Part shown: positions 1 to 10,408 of the stretch, piece after piece | Position numbering within the stretch: the stretch's first letter is position 1 | Layout: the number at the start of each line of letters is the position of its first letter | From: Desulfomicrobium sp. | GTDB taxonomy: Bacteria > Desulfobacterota > Desulfovibrionia > Desulfovibrionales > Desulfomicrobiaceae | Assembly (NCBI GenBank): GCA_040768745.1 | Contig: JAXGMI010000001.1 | Location: 1,838,032-1,902,031, forward strand | Length of the DNA: 64,000 nucleotides | Direction: 5' to 3' | The notes under the pieces: model-generated | The model's input: the letters and a program-made list of their open reading frames with translations, nothing else | The model's database searches: none | What the model was told of the DNA's origin: nothing | Position numbers and translations under genes: made by a program

Positions 1-215
1 GTGTAGCCCAGGCGGGACTTCACCTGCGCCCAGTACCGGGTTTGAAACAGAATGTCCGTGGGCAGCAGCGCTGACGTTGTTTTCGACGAAAGGTCCAACA
101 TATCCGGCTCCTTGAACGAACGTTTTCGGGTTTCTGAAACAGCGTTGGGGATGCCTGCCCTGAATCAGGGAGTGATTCTTCAGCATGTCTCCAGGGGTCC
201 CTGGGCCCGCATCCC

Positions 216-629
216 TCAGCTATCGTAGTTTCCGGACCGCTCCGGCTGGTCGATGACTTCCTTGATGGCCAGACGCAACATGCCTCCACCGGGTCTCGGC
301 CACTCGATTTCGTCGCCTTCGGACAGGCCCAGCAGTGCGCTGCCAACCGGGGCGAAGATGGAAATGGTTCCGCCGTTGATGTCCGTTTCCCCGGGATAGA
401 CGAGTTTGAGACAGTACTCCTCGTTGGAGTTCAGAAGCTGGAATTTGACCGTGGAGTTCATGGTCACCACCGATGGCGGGACCTTCCTGGGATCCACTCT
501 GATGGCGCGTTCCAGCTCCCCCTCCAGTTCGCTCTTGCCGGGGAATGCGGTGTTGGGCATCGAGTCCAGGAGTATTTCAAGCCGCTCGGCATCCTGGGCC
601 GTGATGATGATGTCTGGTTTTCTGTTCAT
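216..629 (-). CDS. rnk: Regulator of nucleoside diphosphate kinase (GreA/GreB-like)
   Basis: ORF MNRKPDIIITAQDAERLE...VVTMNS...ISIFAPVGSALLGL...IEWPRPGG matches the Rnk pattern; start trimmed to ATG 629, preceded by SD AGGAG. Confidence 0.9.
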   Translation of the reverse strand: MNRKPDIIITAQDAERLEILLDSMPNTAFPGKSELEGELERAIRVDPRKVPPSVVTMNSTVKFQLLNSNEEYCLKLVYPGETDINGGTISIFAPVGSALLGLSEGDEIEWPRPGGGMLRLAIKEVIDQPERSGNYDS

Positions 630-736
630 GTTTTTCTCCTGTGCGGGCATGTCGATACCTGGCCCGGCCCGGTGGGCCGGTTGCGGGATTTCAGCCCCTG
701 CGTGTGGGCTGTCTTGTCCAGGTTGTGTTTTGGGCA

Positions 737-773
737 AACGAAAAGGGGGCGTGCGACAAACACGCCCCCTTTT
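737..773 (-). terminator. Intrinsic terminator in the rnk leader (attenuator terminator)
   Basis: Minus strand: GGGGGCGTG-N7-CACGCCCCC then TTTTCGTTT, ~110 nt upstream of the rnk start. Confidence 0.75.
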
Positions 774-800
774 GTGTGATACACAATGTTCAGGGCGTGA

Positions 801-869
801 TCAGGTGTCCACGCGGCGGCGAAGCTCTGCTGCTTCGGATATACGGCTTTGCTGGTTGCGTTGGGTCAT
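801..869 (-). CDS. Putative 22-aa rnk leader peptide MTQRNQQSRISEAAELRRRVDT
   Basis: ATG 869 to TGA 801; its 3' codons overlap mutually exclusive pairing segments upstream of the terminator; no clear SD. Confidence 0.45.
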   Translation of the reverse strand: MTQRNQQSRISEAAELRRRVDT

Positions 870-1194
870 TGTCGTCGTCTGTTGGGACTGGGGAGTCCCG
901 CTGTTGTCCCTGGTGCAAGAAAAAGGGGAAGCATCCAGTTGAGCCGGGACTCTTCCCTGAAAATACAAAAACAAAAACAAGCCATTCGTAACAGCTTGTT
1001 CCAGTTCATGCAAGTGGCCACATCTGCCAGGTGTTTTTGTCCCTCCCGCCCCGGACCAGGCGGTGCGGGATGTGCCCATGGGCGCAGATCCAACCCGCCG
1101 GATACATCCAGGAAAAGACAGGTCCAGTCTGCACGGGAAACAGCGCTGCGGTTCTCCGCATGCAACCGGAACAGCATGGCCCGGCCATGCTGTT

Positions 1195-1386
1195 TCAATC
1201 GGCATTGTCAAGAATCTCCGCAAATTTTCTTTTCAGGTCGTCAAGCTCTGTCAGGATGGCAATGAGCACTGCCCGCTGTCCGTCATCGGCAGGCAGATCT
1301 GAGAGCTGGTCCTGGAGTCGCAGAATCCTGGCCCCGAGAATGTCATAAACTCGGGAAATCTGGCGTTGTGTGGTTGTGTTTCTCAT
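1195..1386 (-). CDS. Small hypothetical helical protein
   Basis: 63-aa ORF MRNTTTQRQISRVYDILGARILRLQDQL... with amphipathic Leu pattern. Confidence 0.45.
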   Translation of the reverse strand: MRNTTTQRQISRVYDILGARILRLQDQLSDLPADDGQRAVLIAILTELDDLKRKFAEILDNAD

Positions 1387-1871
1387 GCAGGATGTTCTCG
1401 GCCTGGTTGCATCCAGGTGAAGTTGGATTCCTGACAGCCGAAAATGGTACAAATGTCAATCTGCGGGTTGTGTTGCACCCATTTGTCGACCTGCCTGGGG
1501 ACGGGATTTTCTCGGACACAGGATCGGAAGCGCCAGGATCTGCCCATGACTCAGGTCCAGACGATCGGTTTGCGCGGCAACGTTTCCCCGCTTTCGGCCC
1601 TAGCGTCTCCAGGGTCCCATGATCGAGACTGTTGCATGCGGCCGCATGTTCGCCAAGCTTCTTGATTTTGACCCGGGCAGAACATACCGTGTCCAAAATC
1701 GCCGCCGCTCAGGAAGGGGCTTGGGTGCGCCTTTTCATTTTCCATGACGCGGGAATCCACCCGGGAAGGCATGAGCAGAGGCACAACCACCAGACGGCCC
1801 CGCCCGGTTGGCAGCAGTCGCTGGCTGCAACTGACCGGAAGGCCCCGCAAAGTTAGCCTGGACTCCTGAAG

Positions 1872-2090
1872 ATGGGACATCCAATGCACGACAATGAACT
1901 TCTTCGAATGCTGCCCTGCGCCAAATGCAAGAGCACGGATTTGCGGATAGAGTCCTGCAAGCCCCTGGGGCATACACGTGAGCTCTGGCGCGTTGTGTGT
2001 TCCTGTGGCAATGCGGCGCAGCAATGGTCTGTCTCGCGACCCGCTGCAGTCCGCCAATGGAACAGGTGTCTGGCGGAGGCGCGCATCTAG
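1872..2090 (+). CDS. Zn-ribbon protein resembling the Lar restriction-alleviation family
   Basis: LPCAKC...VVCSCG...AAVRQWNR resembles the Lar-type LxPCPxC...CxxCG...AxxxWNR pattern. Confidence 0.55.
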   Translation: MGHPMHDNELLRMLPCAKCKSTDLRIESCKPLGHTRELWRVVCSCGNAAQQWSVSRPAAVRQWNRCLAEARI

Positions 2091-2123
2091 ACCCGTTCCC
2101 GATGTTCAACCTGAGAGGTCACA

Positions 2124-2726
2124 GTGAAACAATTCTTCTTTTTCGGGGACTCCATCACCCTGGGTGTCAACGACCCCAAGGGCAACGGATGGGTGGGTCG
2201 GTTCATCCACAGGGCCATCGACGAGTACACATTGCCGGTGCCGCCCACCACCTTCTACAATCTGGGAGTCCGCAGGAATTCGAGCCGGGACATCCTGGGC
2301 CGCTGGGCAGCAGAATTCAGCGTCCGCCGGATGCAATCCGCCCGGCATTACCTGATCTTTTGTTTCGGCACGGTGGACACGGTCCTTGCCGATGGAAAAC
2401 CCAATGTTGACGTAGGTGAATCCGAGAACAATGCCCGTCTGATCCTTTCCGGGGCAAAAGAAGCGGGCAGGGTTCTGCTCATGAGCCCTCCTCCAGTTCG
2501 GGACGAAAGTCATTCCGAACGGATTGCGGCCTTGATCCGGGGCTACGCAACGCTCTGCCATGAGGCGGGGGTTCCGTTCCTGGACATCTTCAGCCCCCTG
2601 CGCGGGAAAAGGGACTTTCTGAATTCACTGGGCGATGGGATTCATCCGGACCCGGAGGGAAACACGCAGATCGCTGGGCTGATTTCGGGATCGGATGTGG
2701 TGCAGTCCTGGGTGCAGGAGGAGTGA
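2124..2726 (+). CDS. SGNH/GDSL hydrolase
   Basis: FGDSIT, NLG and DGIHP blocks. Confidence 0.85.
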   Translation: MKQFFFFGDSITLGVNDPKGNGWVGRFIHRAIDEYTLPVPPTTFYNLGVRRNSSRDILGRWAAEFSVRRMQSARHYLIFCFGTVDTVLADGKPNVDVGESENNARLILSGAKEAGRVLLMSPPPVRDESHSERIAALIRGYATLCHEAGVPFLDIFSPLRGKRDFLNSLGDGIHPDPEGNTQIAGLISGSDVVQSWVQEE

Positions 2727-2793
2727 TCGCGGAGACCCCTGAGAATTGCGGCAGGCCCTGGTCTGTGCCAGGGGACTCCGGCAGGGAGAAACC

Positions 2794-3510
2794 ATGACCG
2801 CGATCCCGTTTCTGCAGGGTCTGGGCACGGGGGCCGGACTGATCATCGCCATCGGCGCCCAGAACGCCTTTGTGCTGACCCAGGGTTTGGCCCGCAATCA
2901 CCATCTGACCGTGGTCCTGATCTGCGCCCTCAGCGACGCGCTGCTCATCGCCGCCGGTCTGGCCGGCATGGGCGCGGTCCTGCAGGCCGACACGGCACTT
3001 CTGTCCTGGGCCACCTGGCTCGGGGCCTTGTTTTTGTTCTGGTATGGACTGCGGTCCTTCCGGTCGGCCTTGGGGTCAGGCGGACTCGAACCCGGCCAGC
3101 GGGCGGGCTTGGGGTTCTGGGCCACCGTGGCCGCCACCCTGGCCGTGACCTATCTGAACCCCCATGTCTATCTGGATACTGTCCTGCTTCTGGGTTCCAT
3201 CGGCGGGCGGTACCCCCTGCCGGAGCGCGTGGCGTTCGGGGCGGGGGCGGCCACGGCGTCCCTGCTCTGGTTCCTGGCCCTGGGCCTGGGCGCTCCATTG
3301 TTCCTGCCCCTGTTTCGCCATCCCCGGTCCTGGGCCGTGCTCGACATCCTGGTGGGTCTGACCATGTGGGGGGTGGCCGCCTCCCTGGTGGTTCCGGCGC
3401 TGTCATCCTCCCCCTTTACCCCTGAACCTCCGCCAGCTATCACCCTCCCATCGGAGGAACCATGGCCAAGAAATACGACCCCTGCATGCACACGGCGGAA
3501 CACATCCTGA
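2794..3510 (+). CDS. argO: LysE/ArgO amino acid exporter
   Basis: LIIAIGAQNAFVL and TYLNPHVYLDT motifs; ATG 2794 with SD GGGAG. Confidence 0.85.
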   Translation: MTAIPFLQGLGTGAGLIIAIGAQNAFVLTQGLARNHHLTVVLICALSDALLIAAGLAGMGAVLQADTALLSWATWLGALFLFWYGLRSFRSALGSGGLEPGQRAGLGFWATVAATLAVTYLNPHVYLDTVLLLGSIGGRYPLPERVAFGAGAATASLLWFLALGLGAPLFLPLFRHPRSWAVLDILVGLTMWGVAASLVVPALSSSPFTPEPPPAITLPSEEPWPRNTTPACTRRNTS

Positions 3511-3914
3511 ACCAGACCATGGACCGGCTTTTCGCCTGTGGCCGCTGCTTTTCGGCCCACGTCAACCCGGACAAGGCCAAGTGCGACTACCATTTTGGGC
3601 GGGACCTGACCGAGGCCGAGGCGCGGGAGGTGGAGGCGCGGGTTAACGCCGTGATCGCTGCCGACCTGCCGGTTGCGGCCGAGACCATGGACCGGTTTGA
3701 AGCCCAATCCCGCTTCAGCCTGGAACGTCTGCCCGGGGAGGCGGCCGCGGAACTGGCTGCCATTCGGGTCATACGCATCGGGGACTACGACGCCTGCCCC
3801 TGCATCGGCGAGCACGCGACCCGCACCAGAGCCCTGGGCACCTTCCGCCTGACCACCCACTCCCATGCGGACGGCGTGCTCCGGCTCCGCTTCAAGCTGT
3901 CCAAACCCGCATGA
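3462..3914 (+). CDS. Stand-alone AlaX-type tRNA editing domain
   Basis: MHTAEHIL (HxxxH) and CPCIGEH (CxxxH) zinc motifs; C-terminal LRLRF. Confidence 0.8.
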   Translation: MAKKYDPCMHTAEHILNQTMDRLFACGRCFSAHVNPDKAKCDYHFGRDLTEAEAREVEARVNAVIAADLPVAAETMDRFEAQSRFSLERLPGEAAAELAAIRVIRIGDYDACPCIGEHATRTRALGTFRLTTHSHADGVLRLRFKLSKPA

Positions 3915-6484
3915 CCACCTCGGAACTTCCCGTGCACGGCGGCAACGTCCGGGCCATGGCCCAGAACCTGGGCTGCGCGCCGGAGGAGATTCTGGACTTT
4001 TCGTCCAGTCTGAACCCCCTGGGTCCGCCGCAGTGGCTGCGGCCTGTGGTGGCCCGCGCCCTGGCCGGGACAGCCCGGTACCCGGAGCCGAGGTCCGAGG
4101 GGTTGCGGCGCAGGGCCGCGGCGCGTCTGGGCCTTGCCCCAGAAAACGTGGTGGCCGGGAACGGGTCGTCAGAACTCCTCTACGCCCTGCCCCGGGTCTG
4201 CCGGGAAATGGGACTTGGCCGGGCCGTACTGCCCGGGCCCTGCTACGGAGACTATGCCCGGGCCTGCGCGGCGGCCGGGCTCAAGGTGGAAACCCTGACC
4301 CTGGGCCCCGAGGACAACTTCGCCCTGGACTGGGCCGCTCTTGCCGCCCGGCTGGAAAAGCCCGCCCTGGTCATGCTGGGTCAGCCGGGCAATCCGGCCG
4401 GGGTGCTGTTGGATCCGGAACGCGTCCTGGAGATGGCGGAAAGCCGTCGGTCCAGTTTTTTCCTGGTGGACGAAGCCTTTGCCGATTTCGTGCCTGGCCT
4501 TTTCCGCCTGGCCACGGTCATGCGGCCCAACCTCTTCGTCCTTCATTCCCTGACCAAGTTCTACGCCGTGCCGGGCCTGCGCCTTGGCCTGGGATACGGC
4601 AGCGCGGGCATCTGCGCGGCCCTGTCCGCCCTGTTGCCGGACTGGAGCGTCAATGCCCTGGCCCAGGCCGTGGGGGAGAAGGCGCTGGAGGACGAAGAGT
4701 ATGCCCGGAGGACCGTGGCCGCGGTGGCGGAGCTGCGCGACCGGTTGCATGACGATCTGGCCGGACTCGGGCTGACCGTGTTCCCTGGCCAGGCCAACTA
4801 CCTGCTCTGCCAGTGCAGAAGCATGGACGCCTTTGCCCTGCAGGAGCGGCTGCTGTCCAGCCGCATCCTGATCCGTAACTGCGCCAACTACACGGGGCTC
4901 GACGCCCGTTATTTCAGGGTGGCCGTGCGTTCGGCCGGGGAGAACGAACGCCTGGTGGCCGCCCTGAGCGGAATTCTGGCCCCAGAGCGTCCCCGTCCTG
5001 CGGTGTCCCGGCGAACCCCGGCCATCATGGTGCAGGGACTGTCCTCCAACGCGGGCAAGTCGGTCCTGACCGCGGCCCTGTGCCGCATTTTCCTGCAGGA
5101 CGGCCTGACGGCGGCCCCGTTCAAGGCGCAGAACATGTCCCTCAATTCCTACGTCACCCGGGACGGGGGGGAAATGGGCCGGGCCCAGGTCCTGCAGGCC
5201 CAGGCCTGCCGCCTGGACCCCGACGTGCGCATGAATCCGGTGCTGCTGAAGCCCAATTCCGATACAGGATCCCAGGTCATTGTCCTGGGCAAACCTGTAG
5301 GGAACATGGGCGTGGCCCGGTACATCCGTTTCAAGCCGGAAATTTTCCAGACCATCACCAGGGCCTACGACGAGCTGGCCGCCACGGCCCAGGTCATGGT
5401 CCTGGAGGGTGCGGGCAGCCCGGCCGAGGTCAACCTGAAGTCCCACGACGTGGTCAACATGGCCATGGCCCGCCATGCGGGGGCCAAGGTCCTGCTGGCC
5501 GGGGACATCGATCGCGGCGGCGTGTTCGCCTCCTTTGTGGGCACCATGGAGGTCATGGAGGAATGGGAGCGGGCCCTGGTGGCAGGCTTCATCGTCAATC
5601 GCTTCCGGGGCAGGCAGGAGCTCCTGGGGGACGCCATGGACTACGTGCGCCGGTTCACGGGCGTACAGACTCTGGGAGTGGTGCCCTTCATTGAAAATCT
5701 CGGGCTGCCGGAGGAGGATTCCGTCACCTTCAAGCAGTCACGTCCCAAAATCCGGGACGCGGCCGTGCGCATCGCGGCCGTGGACCTCCCCCATATTTCC
5801 AACTTCACGGACCTGGATGCCCTGGGCATGGAGCCCGACGTGAGCCTGATCATCGCCCGCCGCCCAGAGGACCTGAAGGGGGCCGATGCCGTCATCCTGC
5901 CCGGGTCGCGTAACGTGTTCGCGGATCTGAACCATTTGTGGGCCTCGGGTATGGCCCAGGCCCTCGTGTCCAGCGCGGCCGAGATGGTCGGAATCTGCGG
6001 GGGGATGCAGATGTTGGGGACTGCCATCACGGATCCGGCCCAAGTGGAGAGCGAGGGACGTGTGGGCCGACCACTGGGCCTGCTGCCCCTGGCCACGGAA
6101 ATGGCCGTGGACAAGGTCCTGTGTCAGGTCAGGGGGGTTTTTCTGCCGACCGGCCAGGAGGTGCGGGGGTATGAAATCCACCACGGCCAGACCCGGGTGC
6201 TGGTCGGACCGGTCGAGCCGGTCATGGCCCGCGCCGAAGGGACCGTCATGGGCTGGGGCCGGCCGGATGGCATGGTCTGGGGCACGTATCTGCACGGCGT
6301 GTTCGACGCCGATGAGTTCCGTCGGTTTTTCCTGGACCGCCTGCGGCGACGCAAGGGGATGCAGCCGCTGGGGGCCGTGCAGGTGGCCTACGATCTGGAA
6401 GAGGCCTTGGACCGCCTGGCCGCGGTGGTTCGGCAGGGCCTGGACATGGAACGCATATACGGGCTCCTGGCCAACCAGGGCTGA
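3911..6484 (+). CDS. cobQ: Fused L-threonine-phosphate decarboxylase (CobD) and cobyric acid synthase (CobQ)
   Basis: N-half: [31 protein letters not shown]-half: [33 protein letters not shown]. Confidence 0.92.
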   Translation: MTTSELPVHGGNVRAMAQNLGCAPEEILDFSSSLNPLGPPQWLRPVVARALAGTARYPEPRSEGLRRRAAARLGLAPENVVAGNGSSELLYALPRVCREMGLGRAVLPGPCYGDYARACAAAGLKVETLTLGPEDNFALDWAALAARLEKPALVMLGQPGNPAGVLLDPERVLEMAESRRSSFFLVDEAFADFVPGLFRLATVMRPNLFVLHSLTKFYAVPGLRLGLGYGSAGICAALSALLPDWSVNALAQAVGEKALEDEEYARRTVAAVAELRDRLHDDLAGLGLTVFPGQANYLLCQCRSMDAFALQERLLSSRILIRNCANYTGLDARYFRVAVRSAGENERLVAALSGILAPERPRPAVSRRTPAIMVQGLSSNAGKSVLTAALCRIFLQDGLTAAPFKAQNMSLNSYVTRDGGEMGRAQVLQAQACRLDPDVRMNPVLLKPNSDTGSQVIVLGKPVGNMGVARYIRFKPEIFQTITRAYDELAATAQVMVLEGAGSPAEVNLKSHDVVNMAMARHAGAKVLLAGDIDRGGVFASFVGTMEVMEEWERALVAGFIVNRFRGRQELLGDAMDYVRRFTGVQTLGVVPFIENLGLPEEDSVTFKQSRPKIRDAAVRIAAVDLPHISNFTDLDALGMEPDVSLIIARRPEDLKGADAVILPGSRNVFADLNHLWASGMAQALVSSAAEMVGICGGMQMLGTAITDPAQVESEGRVGRPLGLLPLATEMAVDKVLCQVRGVFLPTGQEVRGYEIHHGQTRVLVGPVEPVMARAEGTVMGWGRPDGMVWGTYLHGVFDADEFRRFFLDRLRRRKGMQPLGAVQVAYDLEEALDRLAAVVRQGLDMERIYGLLANQG

Positions 6485-6501
6485 ACCTCTAGGGCGGGCG
6501 C

Positions 6502-7185
6502 CTAGCGTGGCGCGAGGTAGTCCAGTACATCCTCCATCAGGGTGTTGATGCGTTGAAAATCCTGGGCCGTGGCAGACTGGATTTCCTCCCTGCCCTGGAC
6601 AAAGGGCGCCGGAATCAGTTCCCGGCCACAATGGGCGATCATGGCCTCTATGGATGCGGGCGTGGCCTCCAGGTGGAACTGCAGGCCCAGGACGTTGCGT
6701 CGGTATGCAAACGCCTGGTTGAAGCATGCGGCGCTGCGGGCCAGATGCTGCGCCCCTGGGGGAAGGTCGAAGGTCTCCCCGTGCCAGTGGAAGACCTTTA
6801 TCCGTTCCGGAAAGCAGAACGCATCCGCTGCGGGCTGGCCCTCCACATCAAACCAGCCGATTTCCTTTTCCCTGCCTTGGCAGACCCTTGCCTCCAGGGC
6901 GCTGGCGATGAGCTGGGCGCCCAGACAGACACCCAGGACCGGAACCTGGCGCTCCATGGCCGCCCGCAGGAACCGCTTCTCTTCCGCCAGCCAGGGAAAT
7001 TCCGCCTCGTCATGCACGCTCATGGGTCCGCCCATGGCGATGACGAGGTCAAATTCAGGATTGGCGGGCAGAGCCGGAGACGTAAAGAAGCGGGTGTGCG
7101 TGACTGTCGCCGCGCGTCTCTTCAGCCATCCTTCCATACTGCCGATGCCCTCGAAAGCGACATGCTGCAGAACGTGGACCTTCAT
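6502..7185 (-). CDS. Class I glutamine amidotransferase (GMP synthase-like)
   Basis: GGPMS, GVCLGAQL, WHGETF, QFHLE. Confidence 0.88.
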   Translation of the reverse strand: MKVHVLQHVAFEGIGSMEGWLKRRAATVTHTRFFTSPALPANPEFDLVIAMGGPMSVHDEAEFPWLAEEKRFLRAAMERQVPVLGVCLGAQLIASALEARVCQGREKEIGWFDVEGQPAADAFCFPERIKVFHWHGETFDLPPGAQHLARSAACFNQAFAYRRNVLGLQFHLEATPASIEAMIAHCGRELIPAPFVQGREEIQSATAQDFQRINTLMEDVLDYLAPR

Positions 7186-7307
7186 TGCTGACCTCCCATG
7201 CGGTACACCCTTGCCATAGTTTTCATGTTCCTGCGCAGGCAGGAAAATCACGAGGGGTTCCAGTCTTCAGACCGAAACCCCTCGCGCGGAAGCTTTCGCA
7301 GGAACCG

Positions 7308-8870
7308 TCAGCTGGTGGCCGGGGCCGGGATCAGGCGTTTGTTGCCTTCCCAGATCTTCTCGGCCTTGGGCGTGACCTTCAGGTACTGGAACCACTGGTG
7401 GGTGGCCATGTGCGCCGGATCCATCTGCAATTCGCGGCTGTGCTTCATGATGGGCGGCACCAGTTCCTTGATGTCCTTGGACAGGGCCTCGGCCGTGGTG
7501 AAGGCTGCGGCCTGGATGGCGATGTCCACGGCCTTCTGGCTGTACTGCTGGGACTTGGCCAGGGTGTCCAGGGCCTTGGTCGGGTTGTGGAATCCGACGC
7601 TGTTCTCGGCCGAGATGAGATCCCAGAAGAACTGCCCTTTGCGGCACATTTCCCGGGCATTGATCATGAGCTGATCGTAATTGGCCGGCTTATCACCCTG
7701 GAATTCGTTGGCCATGCGGATGGCCTCGTGGGCCTTGACCGAGATGTCCTGGGCGGCCATGAGCTGCTCCCAGACCTTGTGCTGGGTGTAGACCACGCGC
7801 TGCTTGAGGTAGTCAGGGGTCTTGTCCGTATGGCACTGGCGGCAGGCCTTCATGTCCGGATCCTTCAGTGGAGACGTCCAATGGTGGTTGGACATCTTCT
7901 TTTTGCCGTCCAGACGGGTGTAGCTCATGTGGCAGTCGGCGCAGGATACGCCGGCCGCCCCGTGCACGCCGTTGTGCCAGGTCTCGTACTCGGGGTGCTG
8001 GGCCTTGAGCATGGGTGTCTTGGACACCGGATGGATCCAGTCCACGAAATTGCCCTCGAATCCCGTGCCGTTGTAGTCGCCGTGATTCTTGTAATAGGTG
8101 TACATCTGTTCGGGATCCTTGCCTTGGGCCCAGGGGAATACCGGTTTTTTGGCCGGTCCAAAGCTTTTGTCCTGAAAATAGTATTCCACATGACACTGGC
8201 CGCAGACCAGGGCGCGCTGCTCGTTGCGGGGCAGGGTTTTGAAGTCCTTGCCTTCGGCCTTCAGGTGATCCTGCAGGGGCACGGAATAGAGGCGCAGCTC
8301 CATGTTGGACGGGTCGTGACAGTTGGCGCAGCCGATGGTGTTCTCGTCCATGTCGACCTGTTCACGGAACTGGTTGAAATCCTTGGCCCAGAAGTCGTCT
8401 CCATGTTCCTTGGTCCATTCGAGCATTTTCGCGCCCTTGCAGTTCCAGCAGGTCGAGGGCAGGCCCGCCTTTTCGTCATAGCGGTTCAGACGGTCGATGT
8501 GCAGGATATCCTTCAGGGCATAGGTATGTCCGCGAGCGGCCCGGTATTCGTAGCTGAAGGGATATCCGAGCCAGAGGTTCTTCAGGTACGGCTGGGCGTG
8601 CTTGTACCCTTCGGGCAGGGGGTTGACGTTGTCGTGCTTGTTGTAGGCCACGGATCCGCCGTATTCGGTCATGATCTCGGATTCGTTGTTGCGCAGGAAT
8701 GTCTCGTAATGGAGCGGAAACTCGGACTTGAAGGCCGAATTTTTGATTTCTTCCTGCTTGAGCTTTGTTTTGAATTCAGGTGTCTTGGGATCGGATGTGT
8801 CGATGCAGGCCGTCAAGGCCAGGGCGCAGCCCACGGCCAGCAGGGTGAAAAGGGTTTTGGTGCTACGCAT
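7308..8870 (-). CDS. nrfA: Ammonia-forming cytochrome c nitrite reductase, catalytic subunit
   Basis: CWNCK active-site heme motif plus four CxxCH; KAQHPEYE; lipoprotein-like signal. Confidence 0.96.
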   Translation of the reverse strand: MRSTKTLFTLLAVGCALALTACIDTSDPKTPEFKTKLKQEEIKNSAFKSEFPLHYETFLRNNESEIMTEYGGSVAYNKHDNVNPLPEGYKHAQPYLKNLWLGYPFSYEYRAARGHTYALKDILHIDRLNRYDEKAGLPSTCWNCKGAKMLEWTKEHGDDFWAKDFNQFREQVDMDENTIGCANCHDPSNMELRLYSVPLQDHLKAEGKDFKTLPRNEQRALVCGQCHVEYYFQDKSFGPAKKPVFPWAQGKDPEQMYTYYKNHGDYNGTGFEGNFVDWIHPVSKTPMLKAQHPEYETWHNGVHGAAGVSCADCHMSYTRLDGKKKMSNHHWTSPLKDPDMKACRQCHTDKTPDYLKQRVVYTQHKVWEQLMAAQDISVKAHEAIRMANEFQGDKPANYDQLMINAREMCRKGQFFWDLISAENSVGFHNPTKALDTLAKSQQYSQKAVDIAIQAAAFTTAEALSKDIKELVPPIMKHSRELQMDPAHMATHQWFQYLKVTPKAEKIWEGNKRLIPAPATS

Positions 8871-9339
8871 CGGCGGCGCTCCTTTTGGCTACGGGGATTT
8901 TGGGAGTGTGGGGCACGTGACGGTGGCAATCCGTGCAGAACTTCTTGCTCTGCATGACCACGGTGCTGGTGGTTGCTTCGTGGCAGCGTTGGCAATTGGC
9001 CTGGGTCACGTCCTTGGTGTGTTCGCCCGGATGAATCAGATCCGGGATCTTGCTGGTGACCGTGGCCAGAGCGTCACGGGTGCCCTCTTTGGCCTTGAAG
9101 GGGATCTTGGCCACGATGTTGTGCGGGGCATGGCACTCGTTGCAGGCCAGTTCGGCGTGCACAGACCGCTTGTGGGTCAGGGCCGCCTCGGCCATGGAAT
9201 GGCAGTTGCCGCAGAACATGGCCTGGTCCGTGGTGTTCATGGCGATGGCAGCCCCCACCGTGAGCACAACGCCGATGATGGCCGGAGGCAAGGCGTAACG
9301 CCAGCTGCGGCCCCCAGAGTCATCTTTCTTACGATTCAT
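8863..9339 (-). CDS. nrfH: Tetraheme membrane anchor/quinol oxidase of NrfA
   Basis: N-terminal TM helix, CGNCHSM and three more CxxCH; overlaps nrfA start. Confidence 0.94.
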   Translation of the reverse strand: MNRKKDDSGGRSWRYALPPAIIGVVLTVGAAIAMNTTDQAMFCGNCHSMAEAALTHKRSVHAELACNECHAPHNIVAKIPFKAKEGTRDALATVTSKIPDLIHPGEHTKDVTQANCQRCHEATTSTVVMQSKKFCTDCHRHVPHTPKIPVAKRSAADA

Positions 9340-9589
9340 CCTTCCCTCCTGCGTAGATAATTCCGTGGCAACCGCGCATCGTCCCTCGGCCGAGTTCTGC
9401 CAGAACAGATCGCGTTGCGGGCGCCACCTTGTGCACGCCGATTCTGAACCGATGAGGCCGCTTCAAGCCCCGCCACAGAAAATCAGCCACGCTCGTGCGG
9501 GCGGATTTCCGTGTGCACGGGTTTCAATTGATTTGATCAACTAGCAGGTATTCAAGTCCAATGAAAGTCACATTGTTTGCCAAGATAAC

Positions 9590-9634
9590 TTGACAGGTCT
9601 TTATATCGAAATAAAGTGAGTCATCAATCACTTT
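9590..9634 (+). promoter_or_regulatory. Putative sigma70 promoter with overlapping TetR-type operator
   Basis: TTGACA (9590) -16 nt- TAAAGT; inverted repeat AAAGTGA-N8-TCACTTT at 9613-9634. Confidence 0.6.
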
Positions 9635-9650
9635 TTTGTGAGGCCCTGGA

Positions 9651-10259
9651 ATGCCTAGCCTTCCCAAATACTGCACTGCCGATCAGAGGCGGGTCATGAC
9701 AGTCGAGTCCGTTCTCGCCTTGGCTGCCACGCAGAATCCGTCTGGGATCACCACCGCAGCCATCGCCGCGCACATGGGGGTGTCCCAGGGGGCGGTTTTC
9801 CGCCATTTCCCGACAAAAGACGCCATCTGGCAGGCGGCCATGGAGTGGGTGGCCACGGAATTGTATTCCCGTGTTGCACGTGTGGCGGAAAGCGCCGCCA
9901 GCCCGCTTTCCTCCCTTGAGGCGATGTTCATGGCCCACGTCGCCTTCGCTGTTGATTACCCCGGAGTTCCCCGCATGTTGTTTGGAGAACTCCAGAAAAC
10001 AGAATCAACCCCGGCAAAAATCGCCGTTGCCTCGTTGCTTGAGCGATATGGAAAACTCCTGACATCGAAGTTGGAGCAGGGGAAATCCTCCGGAGAGGTG
10101 GATCCGAATATTCCCACTCCTGCCGCGGCCTCCCTTTTTGTCGGGGCTGTTCAGGGGCTCATCATCAAGGCGTTGTTGTTTGATGATGCGGAATATCTTC
10201 GCCAGGGCGCCTCAAAGACGTTTGCCGTGTTTCGTCGCGCCATAAGGAGCATTCCGTGA
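9651..10259 (+). CDS. TetR/AcrR family regulator
   Basis: ITTAAIAAHMGVSQGAVFRHFPTKDAI helix-turn-helix. Confidence 0.9.
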   Translation: MPSLPKYCTADQRRVMTVESVLALAATQNPSGITTAAIAAHMGVSQGAVFRHFPTKDAIWQAAMEWVATELYSRVARVAESAASPLSSLEAMFMAHVAFAVDYPGVPRMLFGELQKTESTPAKIAVASLLERYGKLLTSKLEQGKSSGEVDPNIPTPAAASLFVGAVQGLIIKALLFDDAEYLRQGASKTFAVFRRAIRSIP

Positions 10260-10408
10260 TGGGCCTCATGTCCCGCAGGAAATTTCTGATGCTGGCGGTC
10301 TTGAGCGTGCTGGCCGTGGCCTTTTTGTATGTTGCGCTCAGATCAGGCCCGTTGGCTTCCGTTCCGGTCACCGTGTTTGTGGACCGAATTCCGGGGGTGC
10401 AGAAATGA
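10256..10408 (+). pseudogene. Internally deleted HlyD/MFP efflux adaptor remnant
   Basis: 50-aa frame: TM N-terminus ...YVALRSGPLASVPVTV joined directly to a short C-terminus VDRIPGVQK; coupled to both neighbours. Confidence 0.65.

Noticed and set aside
1400..1870. Long unexplained interval with several short ORFs
   Set aside because: No consistent coding signal, repeat or structure recognised
9528..9540. FNR-like TTGAT-N3-ATCAA upstream of nrfH
   Set aside because: Spacer is 3 nt rather than the canonical 4; not supportable as a site
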